Below are positions 24,561-36,055 of a stretch of DNA of 64,000 bases, in pieces. Source of the stretch: Lama guanicoe (Eukaryota); assembly GCA_013239625.1 (NCBI GenBank), contig MU053365.1, positions 783,566 through 847,565 on the forward strand. The letters run 5' to 3'. The notes below the pieces were generated by a model that did not search any database, had not been told where the DNA came from, and worked only from the letters and a program-made list of their open reading frames with translations. The position numbers were made by a program, and so were the translations under genes. Each line of letters opens with the position of its first letter. Within the stretch, counting starts at the first letter, position 1.

Positions 24561-27500
24561 TCATGTTTGGGGCATAGAGTAAATACCCGAATAACAGTAG
24601 CAACGATGATGTTGCGTCCGACCACACACAGGTGAAACACACACCACACACACACTCCCCAAAAAGGTTTCTCCAGGTTGTGGTCTTGACTTCTTTAATC
24701 AGCAGTACATTTCTTTCTATTATCAGCAAACCAGTTTTAAAAATCTCTTCCTTTATCCCACAGCAATCAGAAAAAGACAAAATAAAAAGTGAAAAATGTA
24801 GTCACGGTACCAACCACTTTGTCTACAGAACAAGCTAATCAAGTATATGGCAGTTTCCTTTTCTTGAGGTATGACCTACAGCTGTAAGCTCCTAGGACTA
24901 CAGCTTTTAGATTGTTCCAGAGATGGCCATGTTATTGGAGTTTTACGATTCTGAAATTATGTTAAATACGTGCAAATTTTGCACAAGAAATAGTCTTAGC
25001 TAAAAATAACCAGCATGAAATAAAGGTGCAGCACATTAAAACCATTTCTGTTCAACTATAATTAGCATGTTTAAATACAATATAATTTTTACCCATCTAC
25101 AAAATGCTTGAATGTTTGGAACCTCGTTTATGTCTATAATGACAGATTCATTTTTGAGGTAGTCATTTTCAGTCTTGATTTGTATATTTTAAACTTGTTA
25201 AATGCTTGACTGAATCATCAGCAAAACAATTCATGTATCATTAAACTGATTTCTAACATGAGATCATTTTCTTCCTTGGCCAATAGATGTGTCTTTTAAG
25301 ATTCGCGGAGATAGCATTTATGCTTTGGGGGTTTTGAGAGGTTGTGGAGGAGACCTCATCCCTAGCTAGTTTCACCGCTTCGAGTCTCACCTCCCCATAC
25401 GTTCCCTTAAGAAACTCAACCCCAAGTGGTTCGCTGAATGAATGCTCAACCACACTGAAGGCTGCATACAGTACAAGCAAAGAGGATGGACCATCGGCTG
25501 TCTCCCTTTTACTGGAAGATAAATACAGTGGCAGGGGAAAGAGGAATGGATGGAGACAGAGAAAGAGAAATCCTGGCAGGATGGAGGCCTTGGTCAAAAC
25601 AGGATCCAGGGCCCCGCCCCGCCGCCTCCACATTCCTGCTACCCCCAGGTAGATGCAGGCTGTGTTCTCTGTCTCTCCCCAACCTCCCCATCCATAAACA
25701 GGCCTCTTCCACGTTTTCAGAGGATTGCAGCAAAGGAGGCCTCAAAGGTCTGTGCTTGCAGACCAGGCAGACGCGGCTGGGCTGCTGCAGTGCAGGGCCA
25801 TGCCCAGCTGGAGCAGAAACAGTTCACTTTTGTCTGGAGAGCAGGGTCCCCGCCCCCTACAAGGCCCAGGAAAACTGGGGAAAGTGGGGGCTGCCGGGGC
25901 AGCCCCGGGAGAGGAGGAGAAGCCTGGCCCGCACATGGCCCCTTCCCAGCCCGGACAGCCCCACGCAGACCTTTGAACTTTCTATTTATATAACAGTTTA
26001 GTGAGTTTAAGTCTCTTCCTGTATAACTGCCCGTTTGCAAGCTCGCCTCTAATTAGGCTACTTGTGAGCATCACATAAAAACTACACACCACTGATGCCG
26101 GCCCACGGCCTTCGCAGTGAGAAGTCGGCCACTGTCACAACTGCTTCACTACAATTTTTACCAGGCTTTTGAGCATTGTGATTTTTGCTATTACGGTGGT
26201 TTCCTTTTCCCTTTTTGTTTTTTAGAATTTGCCTCTTCCTGTATCTGTCTCTCCTTCCTTCCTTCCTCTCTTCTTCCTTTCTTCTTTAATCATGAAAAGG
26301 AGACAAGCACCCCCACACAGAACCTAGGTCTATCAAAAAGCAACACCTAATCAACAGGGGAGGGGCACTCACAGGGCTGAAAGGCCCCTCAGATTTCGCT
26401 CTCCACCCCACCCCCTGAAAAGGGGACTCATGACATCCTCCTTGCTGGTAAACAAGTCCAAATCAAGCCACGTGATCCCCAGATACCTCAAGAATTCATT
26501 TCCCATGTTACCATAGACAAGTCTATGGGATGATTTAAACGATATATGTTTTCTGTATCATTTTTTCTTTTTTTTTTTTTTTTGAAGAGAAAGTGATGTC
26601 TTTGGTGCCCACAGCCATCTGCGCCTTCCTCTTCTTTCACAGACTGGTTCATATTAAATTCAGACGCAGGTGAACATTGCTCATTCACCCAAGAATCTGA
26701 AAGAACAGGAGCTTTGGCCCTTTAATCGAGTCCAGAGCATAACCCATTAAGATCTTCTCATGGTGTGTGAAATTCCGGGGTCTGTTGCGTCAGGACTGAG
26801 CACTTCCAGACCCCCAGCCTCGGCACAGCCCCACTGCAGGTCCCCCGTGCCCCATCCTTTCCATTCACATTCTTCCTGACAAATGTGTATGTTGCTAAAT
26901 GGGCATGCACTTTTTGTTTACTATAGCCTAGTGTTTGCAAATAACACAAATGCCTGCGAATGTAAAGTCTTTCTTCAGGAGGTCTTGGAAGATGAGTTTG
27001 TTCTTTAGCTGGCCTGATCCAGTTATTGTCAGACATGTAGGGTCACAGCAGAGACAGCTCAGAGCTTTCCCTTCCACAAGTGAATGCTGAGAAGAGGTCC
27101 AATGTAAATGAGATCCTTAACTTAGCTGGCGCCTTTTTCTTCCTAGGACCTCCTGGTGGGTTGAGGGGTGGGGAGTGAGGCATGCCATCATTCTAAGCAA
27201 TTGCTTACTCCCCAGGAGGGGAAGTAAACATATAATGAACATGTAATTGGCATGCTCTGGATGTCCATAGAGAGTTTGGAAAGGTACAGATTTCTATTTA
27301 AGGCAATGGCAAGCTTTTTAGTTCATCCACTATCCACATTTATGTTCCTTTTCTCTGTGGGGGTGTACAAAACACAGACGCACAACCACATTACAAATGT
27401 TTACAAACACAGATGCATAAGGAAGCTTGCCCTTCACAATCAAACAGTAAGAAGGAGAAATTTTCCTGCAACGTGTGCACAGAGGGAAAAGGCTGGCTTA

Positions 27501-29485
27501 TTTATGCAGACGTGTTATACTAATTCATTGATATTTCACATAATATCTACAGAGTGTCCAAGTCTACATGTTTCTTGACTGATGTGGCATATTTAGGGAT
27601 CTGGAGGAAATGAGGTTTTGCATTTTCCTTAATATAATAAAAGATAGTCTCCAAAAAGGGAAGAGGAGGAGTGTCTTTCTGAAAAAAGAAATCCAATCTA
27701 ACAGGCCACCCCCTTTAAATATGCAATTGCATGTGCCTAAGATTAAACTGAAATTAAAATAATAAAATAAACACGTTTTAAAAAACCTAATGCCTTGTAT
27801 ATATGTTTAACATTTGAACTACACCCACAAAATCAATTATAACAATGTCTGTTAATGATGTTACCCACACCATACATTAGGCAAATTGTATGCAAATAGT
27901 AATGCTGTGGTTATCAGTTGCCTGCAAAATAAATTAGTGAGGCAGAGTAAAGGCTGAGTGCAGGAGCCTAATATTTAATAGAACAGTAATTTTATTGTGA
28001 TCTTTACTTTTAAATAACAACAGCGTGGTTATTAAAAATTGTAACATGTTTTTCTACAAAGCTGATAAAACCCTGCATGGTATCAAAAATGCCTTACAGA
28101 TTAATACTGATACAGCATAATTTGTGGCTTCAAGGACTTATCCGGAATTGCTGTAAAATAAAATGTATTTAAGTTCTGATTATCTTGGATTTGCAACTAA
28201 AGGAGTCATGATTGGCATAATGAAGCTATTGGCTGAGAGTATGACCCTTTTCTAAAGAAGGAAATTGCCTAAAATATCACATCAGCAAGGGAAATCCTTG
28301 TAAAAATACACAGCATTCATAGTTAACGGTTGCCAGTAGTTTAACATTGCAAAAGATTTCGCAGTGTCGGTCGGTACTATAGATTATTCTAACCACATTT
28401 TAAAAGGCAATAGTCAAGAGTGCAATTCTAAGTCGCCACCGCCGCGCCTCATCCCCCCACCCCCACCCCATCTAATTCTGTCGGCTGTGGGGGCAAATTG
28501 ATAACGTTAAAATGTTCTGACAAATTAACAACGATAACGTTGGTGCAGGAGGTGAAGTTTCTGCACAAGTTAATACATGTGTACATCACTATTTATGCAC
28601 ACGCGCGCGCACATCACGCAGAGCAACAACTTTCCGGCTCCCCAGCCACCTCTGCACCATCTTTCAGAAACCTCTCAGCGACAAGTTGACGACATTTGGG
28701 GAAGAGGTGACTAAACCTCTGAATCCGAGCTGGCTGCCCATTTCACAAACCTGCGGCTGCCTCCCAGTGTGGGGCGGACAGGGGCCCGACCGCTAATTAA
28801 ATGTGCCTTGACGTCGGAGCGGCCAACTTTAGGGGCCAACTTCAAAACCCCTCCGTCTTGGAAGCCAAACGTCGAAGTTGGCCCGGACCCGGGGTCCCTC
28901 GCGCGGTGGCCCCCGAAGCCGCCCCTCAGCGCCCGAGTGCGGGGAAATCGGCCGGAGCGGGTGGAAGGGAAGGTGTGTGCGCCGCGCCGTGCGGGGACCG
29001 AGGTGGCGGCGGGGGCGGTGGCCGCCGAGGAAGCAGAGGGCCGCCGGTGGCACCTTGCCACTGCCCGCTCCCCGAGGCCGGCCGCCGGCGCTGGGCACCT
29101 GGAAAGTTGGGGTATTTCGGGCAGGCAGCATCCGGTGCGCTGGGAGGCCGCCCGGCGAGCCGTTCCGGGAGAAAATCCCGGCGGAGGTCGCGCGGCTCAG
29201 CCCCCGGGCAGCACCGGATCCGATTTGGGCCAAATGCAACTCTTTGGACTTGGAGAGCCAAGCGACGCTTTCGGGACCAGCATCTCTCCCCCGGGCCGCA
29301 CCTCCCCCAACCCGGGCAACCCGACCGAGGAGTCGCGAAGGCCGGGGCCAGAGGTGGCCAAGAGCAAGTAGGAGGGCGTCCGGGGCGCCCCCACCAACCC
29401 CCGGCTCCTCTTAACAAAGGCGAAAAGCCCAGCCCCGGCCCGGGGACCTGCGAAGCGAATGAGAAGGCAAAAAATCAACACCTAC

Positions 29486-29532
29486 CACTNNNNNNNNNNN
29501 NNNNNNNNNNNNNNNNNNNNNNNNNNNNNNNN
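29486..29532 (-). CDS. AFF2: AFF2 coding exon 1 (expected MDLFDFFRDWDLEQQ(C), 47 nt, phase 2); only the last 4 nt (29489-29486) are sequenced
   Basis: Minus strand reads AGTG|GTAGGTGTTGATTTTTTGCC at the gap edge, matching the recalled ...CAG CAG TG|gt end of human exon 1. The ATG coordinate is inferred from the human length and lies in Ns. Confidence 0.7.
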
Positions 29533-30040
29533 NNNNNNNNNNNNNNNNNNNNNNNNNNNNNNNNNNNNNNNNNNNNNNNNNNNNNNNNNNNNNNNNNNNN
29601 NNNNNNNNNNNNNNNNNNNNNNNNNNNNNNNNNNNNNNNNNNNNNNNNNNNNNNNNNNNNNNNNNNNNNNNNNNNNNNNNNNNNNNNNNNNNNNNNNNNN
29701 NNNNNNNNNNNNNNNNNNNNNNNNNNNNNNNNNNNNNNNNNNNNNNNNNNNNNNNNNNNNNNNNNNNNNNNNNNNNNNNNNNNNNNNNNNNNNNNNNNNN
29801 NNNNNNNNNNNNNNNNNNNNNNNNNNNNNNNNNNNNNNNNNNNNNNNNNNNNNNNNNNNNNNNNNNNNNNNNNNNNNNNNNNNNNNNNNNNNNNNNNNNN
29901 NNNNNNNNNNNNNNNNNNNNNNNNNNNNNNNNNNNNNNNNNNNNNNNNNNNNNNNNNNNNNNNNNNNNNNNNNNNNNNNNNNNNNNNNNNNNNNNNNNNN
30001 NNNNNNNNNNNNNNNNNNNNNNNNNNNNNNNNNNNNNNNN
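29490..30040. other. Assembly gap (551 N) covering most of AFF2 exon 1
   Basis: N run; its right edge ends inside the GGC repeat. Confidence 1.
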
Positions 30041-30063
30041 GCGGCGGCGGCGGCGGCTGCACA

Positions 30064-30096
<33 letters not shown>
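30041..30096 (-). repeat. FRAXE-orthologous trinucleotide repeat: (GCC)11-TGTGCA-(GCC)>=5, truncated by the gap
   Basis: GGC x11 at 30064-30096 and GGC x5 at 30043-30057, plus a partial unit at the gap edge. Confidence 0.97.
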
Positions 30097-30128
30097 CGCG
30101 GCAGCATCACACACTTACACACTCACAG

Positions 30129-30138
30129 GGGGCGGAGC
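30129..30138 (+). promoter_or_regulatory. GC box (Sp/KLF site) just upstream of the AFF2 repeat
   Basis: GGGGCGGAGC, consensus match. Confidence 0.65.
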
Positions 30139-31234
30139 CTGGACAGCCCGAAGCCGCGACATGGAGCCGGCACGTTATCATCCCCGGATCTGGCAGGGGC
30201 TCCCCCTGCCCGCCCGTGCCACATGGGACCCCCCTCTGTCAAAATCAGCTGGTGGGAGCGGCCGCAGAGCTGGGGACCCGGGCTCGGGTCCCGGCCGGAG
30301 GGGCAGTTGCAGGGATGCGGGCGGGTGGCCGGCGGGGCCAGGAAGCAGGCTTTGGGAAGGAGACCCTCTCTCTGAACCCCCAGCTACTCCGACCACTGTG
30401 AGTTACGGTTCAGAACCAGAAAAGAGCTAACAAACTGCCGCGGGGATGGTGGTCGACCCCCGCTGCGGCGCGCGCAGTCCCTGCCTGGGGACGCTCCTCC
30501 GGGCCCCGAGTGCAGGAGCAAACTTTGGTGGGCCCGAGGCCCGAGCATCCCTCGGGCCCGCAGCGCAGAGCACTCGGGGCCAAGAAGGAGAAGGCGATCA
30601 CCTTCACCGTCCCCGCGGCGCCGCATGTCCGCACCAAGGCCGGCCAGGCATGCGGCAGTGCCGTGCAGGGCTGAAGGGCGCATCTCGCACCTAGTAGGTC
30701 CGCATGCTCTGGGCCCTGGATTCCGTAGGCTGCAAGGGTAGGCACGAATGACGGCCCGGTGTGGTCCTTGGGTTCGGGACTGGGGGGCTGGGAAATTGGG
30801 TTGCACTATCACCTTCCCCGCACAGCCACCACGTGCCTTGGGCGGAAAGCTTCTGCACTTTCCTCCTCTGGGAAATGGGAAATCCACTGAGTGTGTCCCA
30901 CTCTCCCAGCCACCCGCTGCCTCTCTCCCTTCTGGCCAGAGAGTCTGTCTCCCTCCCCGTGCAGCCTCTCCCTCCCTTCAGCCTCCACTGGTGGTCCAGG
31001 ACCGGGCGGATCCCTTTAGGCGAAGTCTTTGGGGAAAGGTTTCCTGGCCTCGGATGCGAGAAAGCGGTGTCGGAAGGGGCGGGACCGCGCTCTGGCATTT
31101 CGGGAGCAGGAGACCGAGACCTGGAGTCCCAGACCTCTCTCAGTTGCCTTCTTCATGTCGTTGTAGAGACGGAACAGTGTCGGCGCATTATTGAAATCCT
31201 AAGGTGAGGACCCTCCCAGGAAGAGCGGAAGACT

Positions 31235-31545
31235 GAGCCTTGACAGAGCTAGGTGCCAGTTCAGATTTCGTCAGTGGCTCCCTGTGTGACTCTGAGCAAG
31301 CCTCTTCTCTGAGGCTCATTTTCCCTATCCAGAAAGGCAAGAGGCTTGATCGAGCTGCCATCTGGCTCTTGCTGCTCTGGCGTTCTCCTTTCTATTTGAA
31401 TAGTCTTCTCTAATATTACCTCATATTCTCAAAATCATCCAAATAGCTTTTCTTTACTTTTTTTTCCCTGAGAAACTGAGGCACTGAGAGTGAGTTCGTT
31501 TGTCCAAGATCTGACATTTCTTCTAAAGGGAGAACCGAGATTAGA
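31235..31545. mobile_element. Two MIR fragments (plus ~31235-31345; minus ~31460-31545)
   Basis: ctgtgtgactctgagcaagcctc...ctcattttccctatcc; gagaaactgaggcactgagag...ttgtccaagatc. Confidence 0.65.
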
Positions 31546-32498
31546 ACCGAGAATCTGGGAAGCCCGGTTAGGCAGGGCTGAACCCAGTAGAAGGTGCTAC
31601 AGCTCCAAGAGGTGGGTGACTTCAGAATCTGAGCTTGCAGGGGCCCAGAGTTTGGTCTCTCGCATTCTTTGTATGGGAAAAAAAAAAGCACATCACTAAC
31701 ATACAGAAACAAGACACTGAGATACTGCAACCCTGGCAGCTGATGAAGCTTTGCTTTGTTTATTTATTTTGCATAGGGCCAAGTTCTAAACAAATGCTAG
31801 TTAACTGACTTCGAGTCAACCAATGGGCAGCCAAGGGAAGATTGCATTTCAAATTGCCTTGTCAATTTGGCTGCTTATAAACTCCTCAGTCAAAGACTCC
31901 AGGGCAAAAGAGCTATTGGCAAAAATGGTGCCAGGGATTTTCAGATTATCTCTGTGCCTTCTTAACTGGTGGAGTTCCAGTCTTCAGCCCTTGATTCTGA
32001 GCCCTTGAGGCAGCAGGGACTGCCCTGCTCAGATCCGTGGCCCCCAAACTTAATTCCCTTAGTAAATGATCCTCGAATTGGATTTGATTGCTAATAATGA
32101 TTGTCGCCAGGGCTAGTGCTTGATCTGCTTGAAAATCTTTAGAGGAAAACCAGAACATTTACAATTAACATTTAAATGGTGATTATGGTCACTTTGTATC
32201 AGATTCACTTTTCTTGCCAGATTACATTGATTGGGGAAAGAGAAAAAAATATCATGCGCTGGGTAAATAAATTTCCAACAGAAATAAAGCTGCTCCTTTA
32301 AGAGTTCCAGACCCCCATCACCCCACTGGTGCACTTTCTTCCCAATCAGCGGGAGGACCAAGCAGAAGCAGAGGGAGCCAGCAAGAAGCGGCACTCGGAA
32401 CAGAAGTGCCTGCGGGAAGGAGAGAAGAGACAAGTGGTGCCGGCTGCAGCTTCAAAAGAGGGGCTGGGGCTTTCCCTTCCGGAGCTCAAATCCGAGAG

Positions 32499-32537
32499 GG
32501 AAGGCTGGGCTGGAAGGCTGGGCTGGAAGGCTGGGCT
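32499..32537. repeat. Perfect tandem repeat (GGAAGGCTGGGCT)x3
   Basis: Direct read. Confidence 0.95.
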
Positions 32538-34344
32538 GGTGGAAGGAGCTCCCACCCCCAGTCACCCTCCTGGAACAAGGATGAAGCTGAGAGAGGCAGC
32601 GCTGAAGGGGCCAGGCTGGCCCTCAGGCCCAGCACTTGCTCACTGTCTGAGCATCAGCTCCTGGGCAAGGTAGAAGCTTCACCTTCTGCCCTCCTCCTCC
32701 TGCCCATCCCTGATCAGATGGAGCCAGGAGCCTTAGAACTGGGCTTTTCAGTGAATCCTCAGATATGCATCCAAGCCCTGTTCCTCTGTCACACTGGCAG
32801 GAAGGAAGGGAAAGCAGGTTGCCATAGGAGGTATGAAGGCTCTCTGGAATCAGAGCCAACTGCGGCTGTCAGACTGCATGCTCCACCATCTAGTCCCTTG
32901 GGGTCAGGTTGTTTCCCTCCCTTTCCACTCCCTGGGGCATCTTAGCAAAGGTGGAAGATTGCTGTGGGCCAACCTGTGGTCCTGGCTTTGCCCAGAAAAG
33001 AGCCTCTTTGATCTAACAACACAGCTCTCAGCTCAACCCAATATTTCAGAAGTTGCAACCTCTACCCTTGGGCCCACCTCTCTCTGTTGGCTTCTCCCAT
33101 TCTCTCTGTTGAGGGCCCCTCCATACCCCACCAATCTCCTCCATTCAGAGACCTACTGGAGGACCACTAGGCCAAGAGCAAGCTGTCTTTGCAGAGAGGA
33201 GAGCATCAAAACTGAGACTCCATGACCCAATCTCCTGAAGTATGAAATCAGAAATCATTCTAAGAGGCTCAATTGTATAGAACTGCTGATTCTCAGACTT
33301 TCTAAAGCGGGTTTTTTGACTTGAAGTACATTTAAAGGAGTTTAATTTGGAGTCTCTGGGCATGAATCTTTCAAAGAATTTGAAATCCTCCATTCTTAGA
33401 GTTGTAGTAAAGGCACTGTCATGCAGGGTCTGGTAGATAGTGTCTACAAATTAAGATTAATTTAAGAAAGTTTCACTGTGCATGTCAGTTCCGGGAAATG
33501 AACAGATTGACAGCATGTGATACAATGTGTCACCCTGTCATACCTCAGATTTCGACTTACAATATTAAGCGTTTGTTTCTGACCTGGTGTGTGCAGTCAG
33601 GCTGAGTTACTATCCAGGAGGAAATCGATCAAGGATCCAGCTCATCTGAGGCAGATTGTGAAAGAACTCCATGGGCTCCCTTGGGAAACATCAGCTTCCA
33701 TCACTGTGGCTCTCCCTCTGGTGGAGCAGCCTGGTGCTGTCGTAGGTCTGGCTGGAATGGACCAATGCTGACTCTGAGCTTGGGGCAGTTTCCGTACATG
33801 GGCCACAGTATCCAGGATGATCCTTGTGGAAGGCACATTTCAATCCTTTCTAACTTCAGAATGTCCGTCCTTACTTGTTTCATGTCAGTGCTCTCAGAAC
33901 CGGAGTCTCTGTCATCATAGCCTCGTGCAAGATCTGACACATAGCAAGTCTATCCAACCAGCCTCCTTGAAGGTGGCGATCTCAGGAGTTGACTTCACAT
34001 TGGATCGGGACAATTCTCTCAACTTAGAATGCATCTCATGAATATCTACGTGTAATGTTTTTTCACAACTTCTGGTTCTACCATTTTGAATTTTGGATCT
34101 CAATCATGAATCCCAACCAAAAGACTCTCCTCTTGGGTTTCCTGATTATTGTAGACAATGACCCCATTTCAGAGATCTTCCAAAGTCCCTGGGTTTCTAC
34201 TGGATCCTAAACATCAAACACCATATAGTTTTATGTCAATCAACTGCTTAACTAGGTTTACAGTACTTGAACTTGATGCTATTCTCATTTTAGAGGGTGC
34301 ATTGCTCTGATTCCTTGTACATATTTAGCGTAACAGTAAACAGA

Positions 34345-34755
34345 AATAACACTGATTGAGCCTTTTTACTTGCCAGACAGGGTGCTCAGCATTTTACAAA
34401 CATTATTTCATTCACACCTCACCATGATTCTCTGAGGTCAGTACTACTATTATACCTATGTTGCAACAGGAAACTGAGGCTTGAAGAGGCTGAGCACTTG
34501 CCAGGCGTTGTCCTCAAGTTTGTTTGCTGCCAAAGCACATGTTGCCCCACAGCCTCCATTCCGTCTTCACAAAGGGTTTCATCTCACTGTAGCCCAGGGA
34601 AAGTCAGCAAGGAAGGGACCATTATCTCGATTTGACAGTTGAGGAAATAGGTTAAGTGACTTGGCCAAGGTCACAAGGTGGCAGAGCTGAGCAGCTGAGG
34701 CCAGGACACCATCATCTAGGCACCAAGTCTGGTGCTGGTTCCATGGACCACATTA
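34345..34755 (-). mobile_element. Two MIR SINE fragments
   Basis: ttgagcctttttacttgccagacagggtgctcagcattttacaaacattatttcatt...ggaaactgaggcttg; gaggaaataggttaagtgacttggccaaggtcac. Confidence 0.8.
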
Positions 34756-36055
34756 TTTTATAGTCCCAAGGCTGCTCCAGTGAACTCCAGCATCCTGGGA
34801 GTCTGGGACTGCAGTGGCATCAGTTTACTGTTGGATTTAAAAAAAAAAAACTGTCGTGGTGCAATTTCCCTGATCTCAACTGTGGCTGAATTAGGGGAAG
34901 GCAGTTGGCTGAGCCATGCCCTCATATTAAAGAAAGTCAGCCAGATAGGCAACAGGAAGCAAGAAGATGGTGGAGTAATTCTTGCTTCATCGTTTAAGGA
35001 GACTCAGATGGGTCTTTTTCCTGGAGATTAGAAATCTAGGGCTAAGATACCTCTTTAGTTGACTGGTGGGCTGGGAGGCGTCCTGAGGAATTCTCTCCAG
35101 TGCAAGACTGTGCAGCTGGGGGACTGCAAATCTATGGCTTTCTCTCCTAACTTCTCGGAGGCTCCATTCCCTTGTCTATAAATTCAGGGGATTGGAAACA
35201 CTCCAGCTCTGACATTCTATGTCTTCTTGATTTGAAGTCCCTTTACACAACCTCCGAGTCCATGACTAAATGCAGATTGGTAATTTATAATGATAAGAAA
35301 AGTAAAGTGAAGAGTCACCTCGATTACCCAGATCAATCATCTCCATTCCTGAAGCGGCGATGGAGAACTCTGCTTCCTGGAGTGCAGTGCCTTCATAAAC
35401 CCATTCAGCAGCCTGGCTGCCAAGAGTCTCTTCCAGAGCCCACGCTGCAGGGTTGAAGGGCTGGATTCCAGAGGGAAGTCAAGCATTTTCCCAGTGGCCA
35501 GAGAGGAAACCTAATGTGTATGAAAGCGCTTTGTGAACGGTAAAAAGCTGCATAAAAATGTGTTCCCTCACCATCCCTAGGGCTGCCATCTCTCAGTCTT
35601 CTCCATCAGCTGAGATCAGGTGTGCTAAATGCACTGGCTGTGCTTGTAGAGTTTTCCTTGGTTTGTAGTGGGGATTTTTTGTTTTTGTTTGTTTGTCTGG
35701 TAAATAGTCAAGGGTCCCAGAAACTGGTTAATAAGTTGCAAGTTTTGATGCTGTCAAAATAATATTAAGAAGTTTAAACTTCTTTTTCTGTGGTAATCAT
35801 TTTTTGGAGGGGGTTCAGATCACTGATTTTCATACTGAAACTTTCAGAAGAGTTTTAAGTCAGTGTCTTTGTGTAAAGCTTCCTGGTTCTTAGTATCATG
35901 TGAAATTTTATTTTTCTATTAAGTTGTTAACAATCATCAGATCATTAGCAATGGCTATAGGAGAAATGACTGCCTCAAGTAAACGTCTAGCTGCTCTGAC
36001 TTTCTATTTTCAGAAGGTAGAATGCATTGGTAAGTCTCTCAAGCTTTGAATTGCT

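Larger units (their letters stand above)
1..29485 (-). other. AFF2: AFF2 intron 1 (proximal 29.5 kb)
   Basis: Begins at GTAGGT (29485-29480). I found no exon-2-type sequence ([20 protein letters not shown]) in the window. Confidence 0.85.
1..30130 (-). other. AFF2: AFF2 (FMR2) gene, 5' part: exon 1 plus proximal intron 1; gene continues beyond base 1; TSS approximate
   Basis: Minus strand 30129-30099 reads CCTGTGAGTGTGTAAGTGTGTGATGCTGCCG, followed by a GCC repeat interrupted by TGTGCA. I recognise this as the human FRAXE/AFF2 flank. The exon-1 end AGTG|GTAGGT lies on the other side of the gap, and both sit in a CpG island. Confidence 0.93.
28420..31190. promoter_or_regulatory. CpG island / TATA-less AFF2 promoter
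   Basis: Very high GC content and dense CpG on both sides of the gap; core ~28750-31190. Confidence 0.93.

Noticed and set aside
25942..25962. REST/RE1 site (GGACAGCCCC)
   Set aside because: Only the right half-site matches; the left half is absent.
25253..26040. Cluster of 100-170 aa ORFs on both strands
   Set aside because: GC-rich intronic patch with overlapping frames and no recognisable homology or exon structure.
30041..30096. FMR1 (FRAXA) CGG repeat or a coding poly-Ala/poly-Gly tract
   Set aside because: The flank and the exon donor match AFF2/FRAXE, not FMR1. There is no transcription-factor-like coding context.
28711..31207. Long overlapping ORFs in the CpG island (200, 524, 323, 167, 148 aa and others)
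   Set aside because: GC-rich stop-codon scarcity and read-through of the N gap. The products are low-complexity Arg/Gly/Pro/Ala with no recognisable protein.
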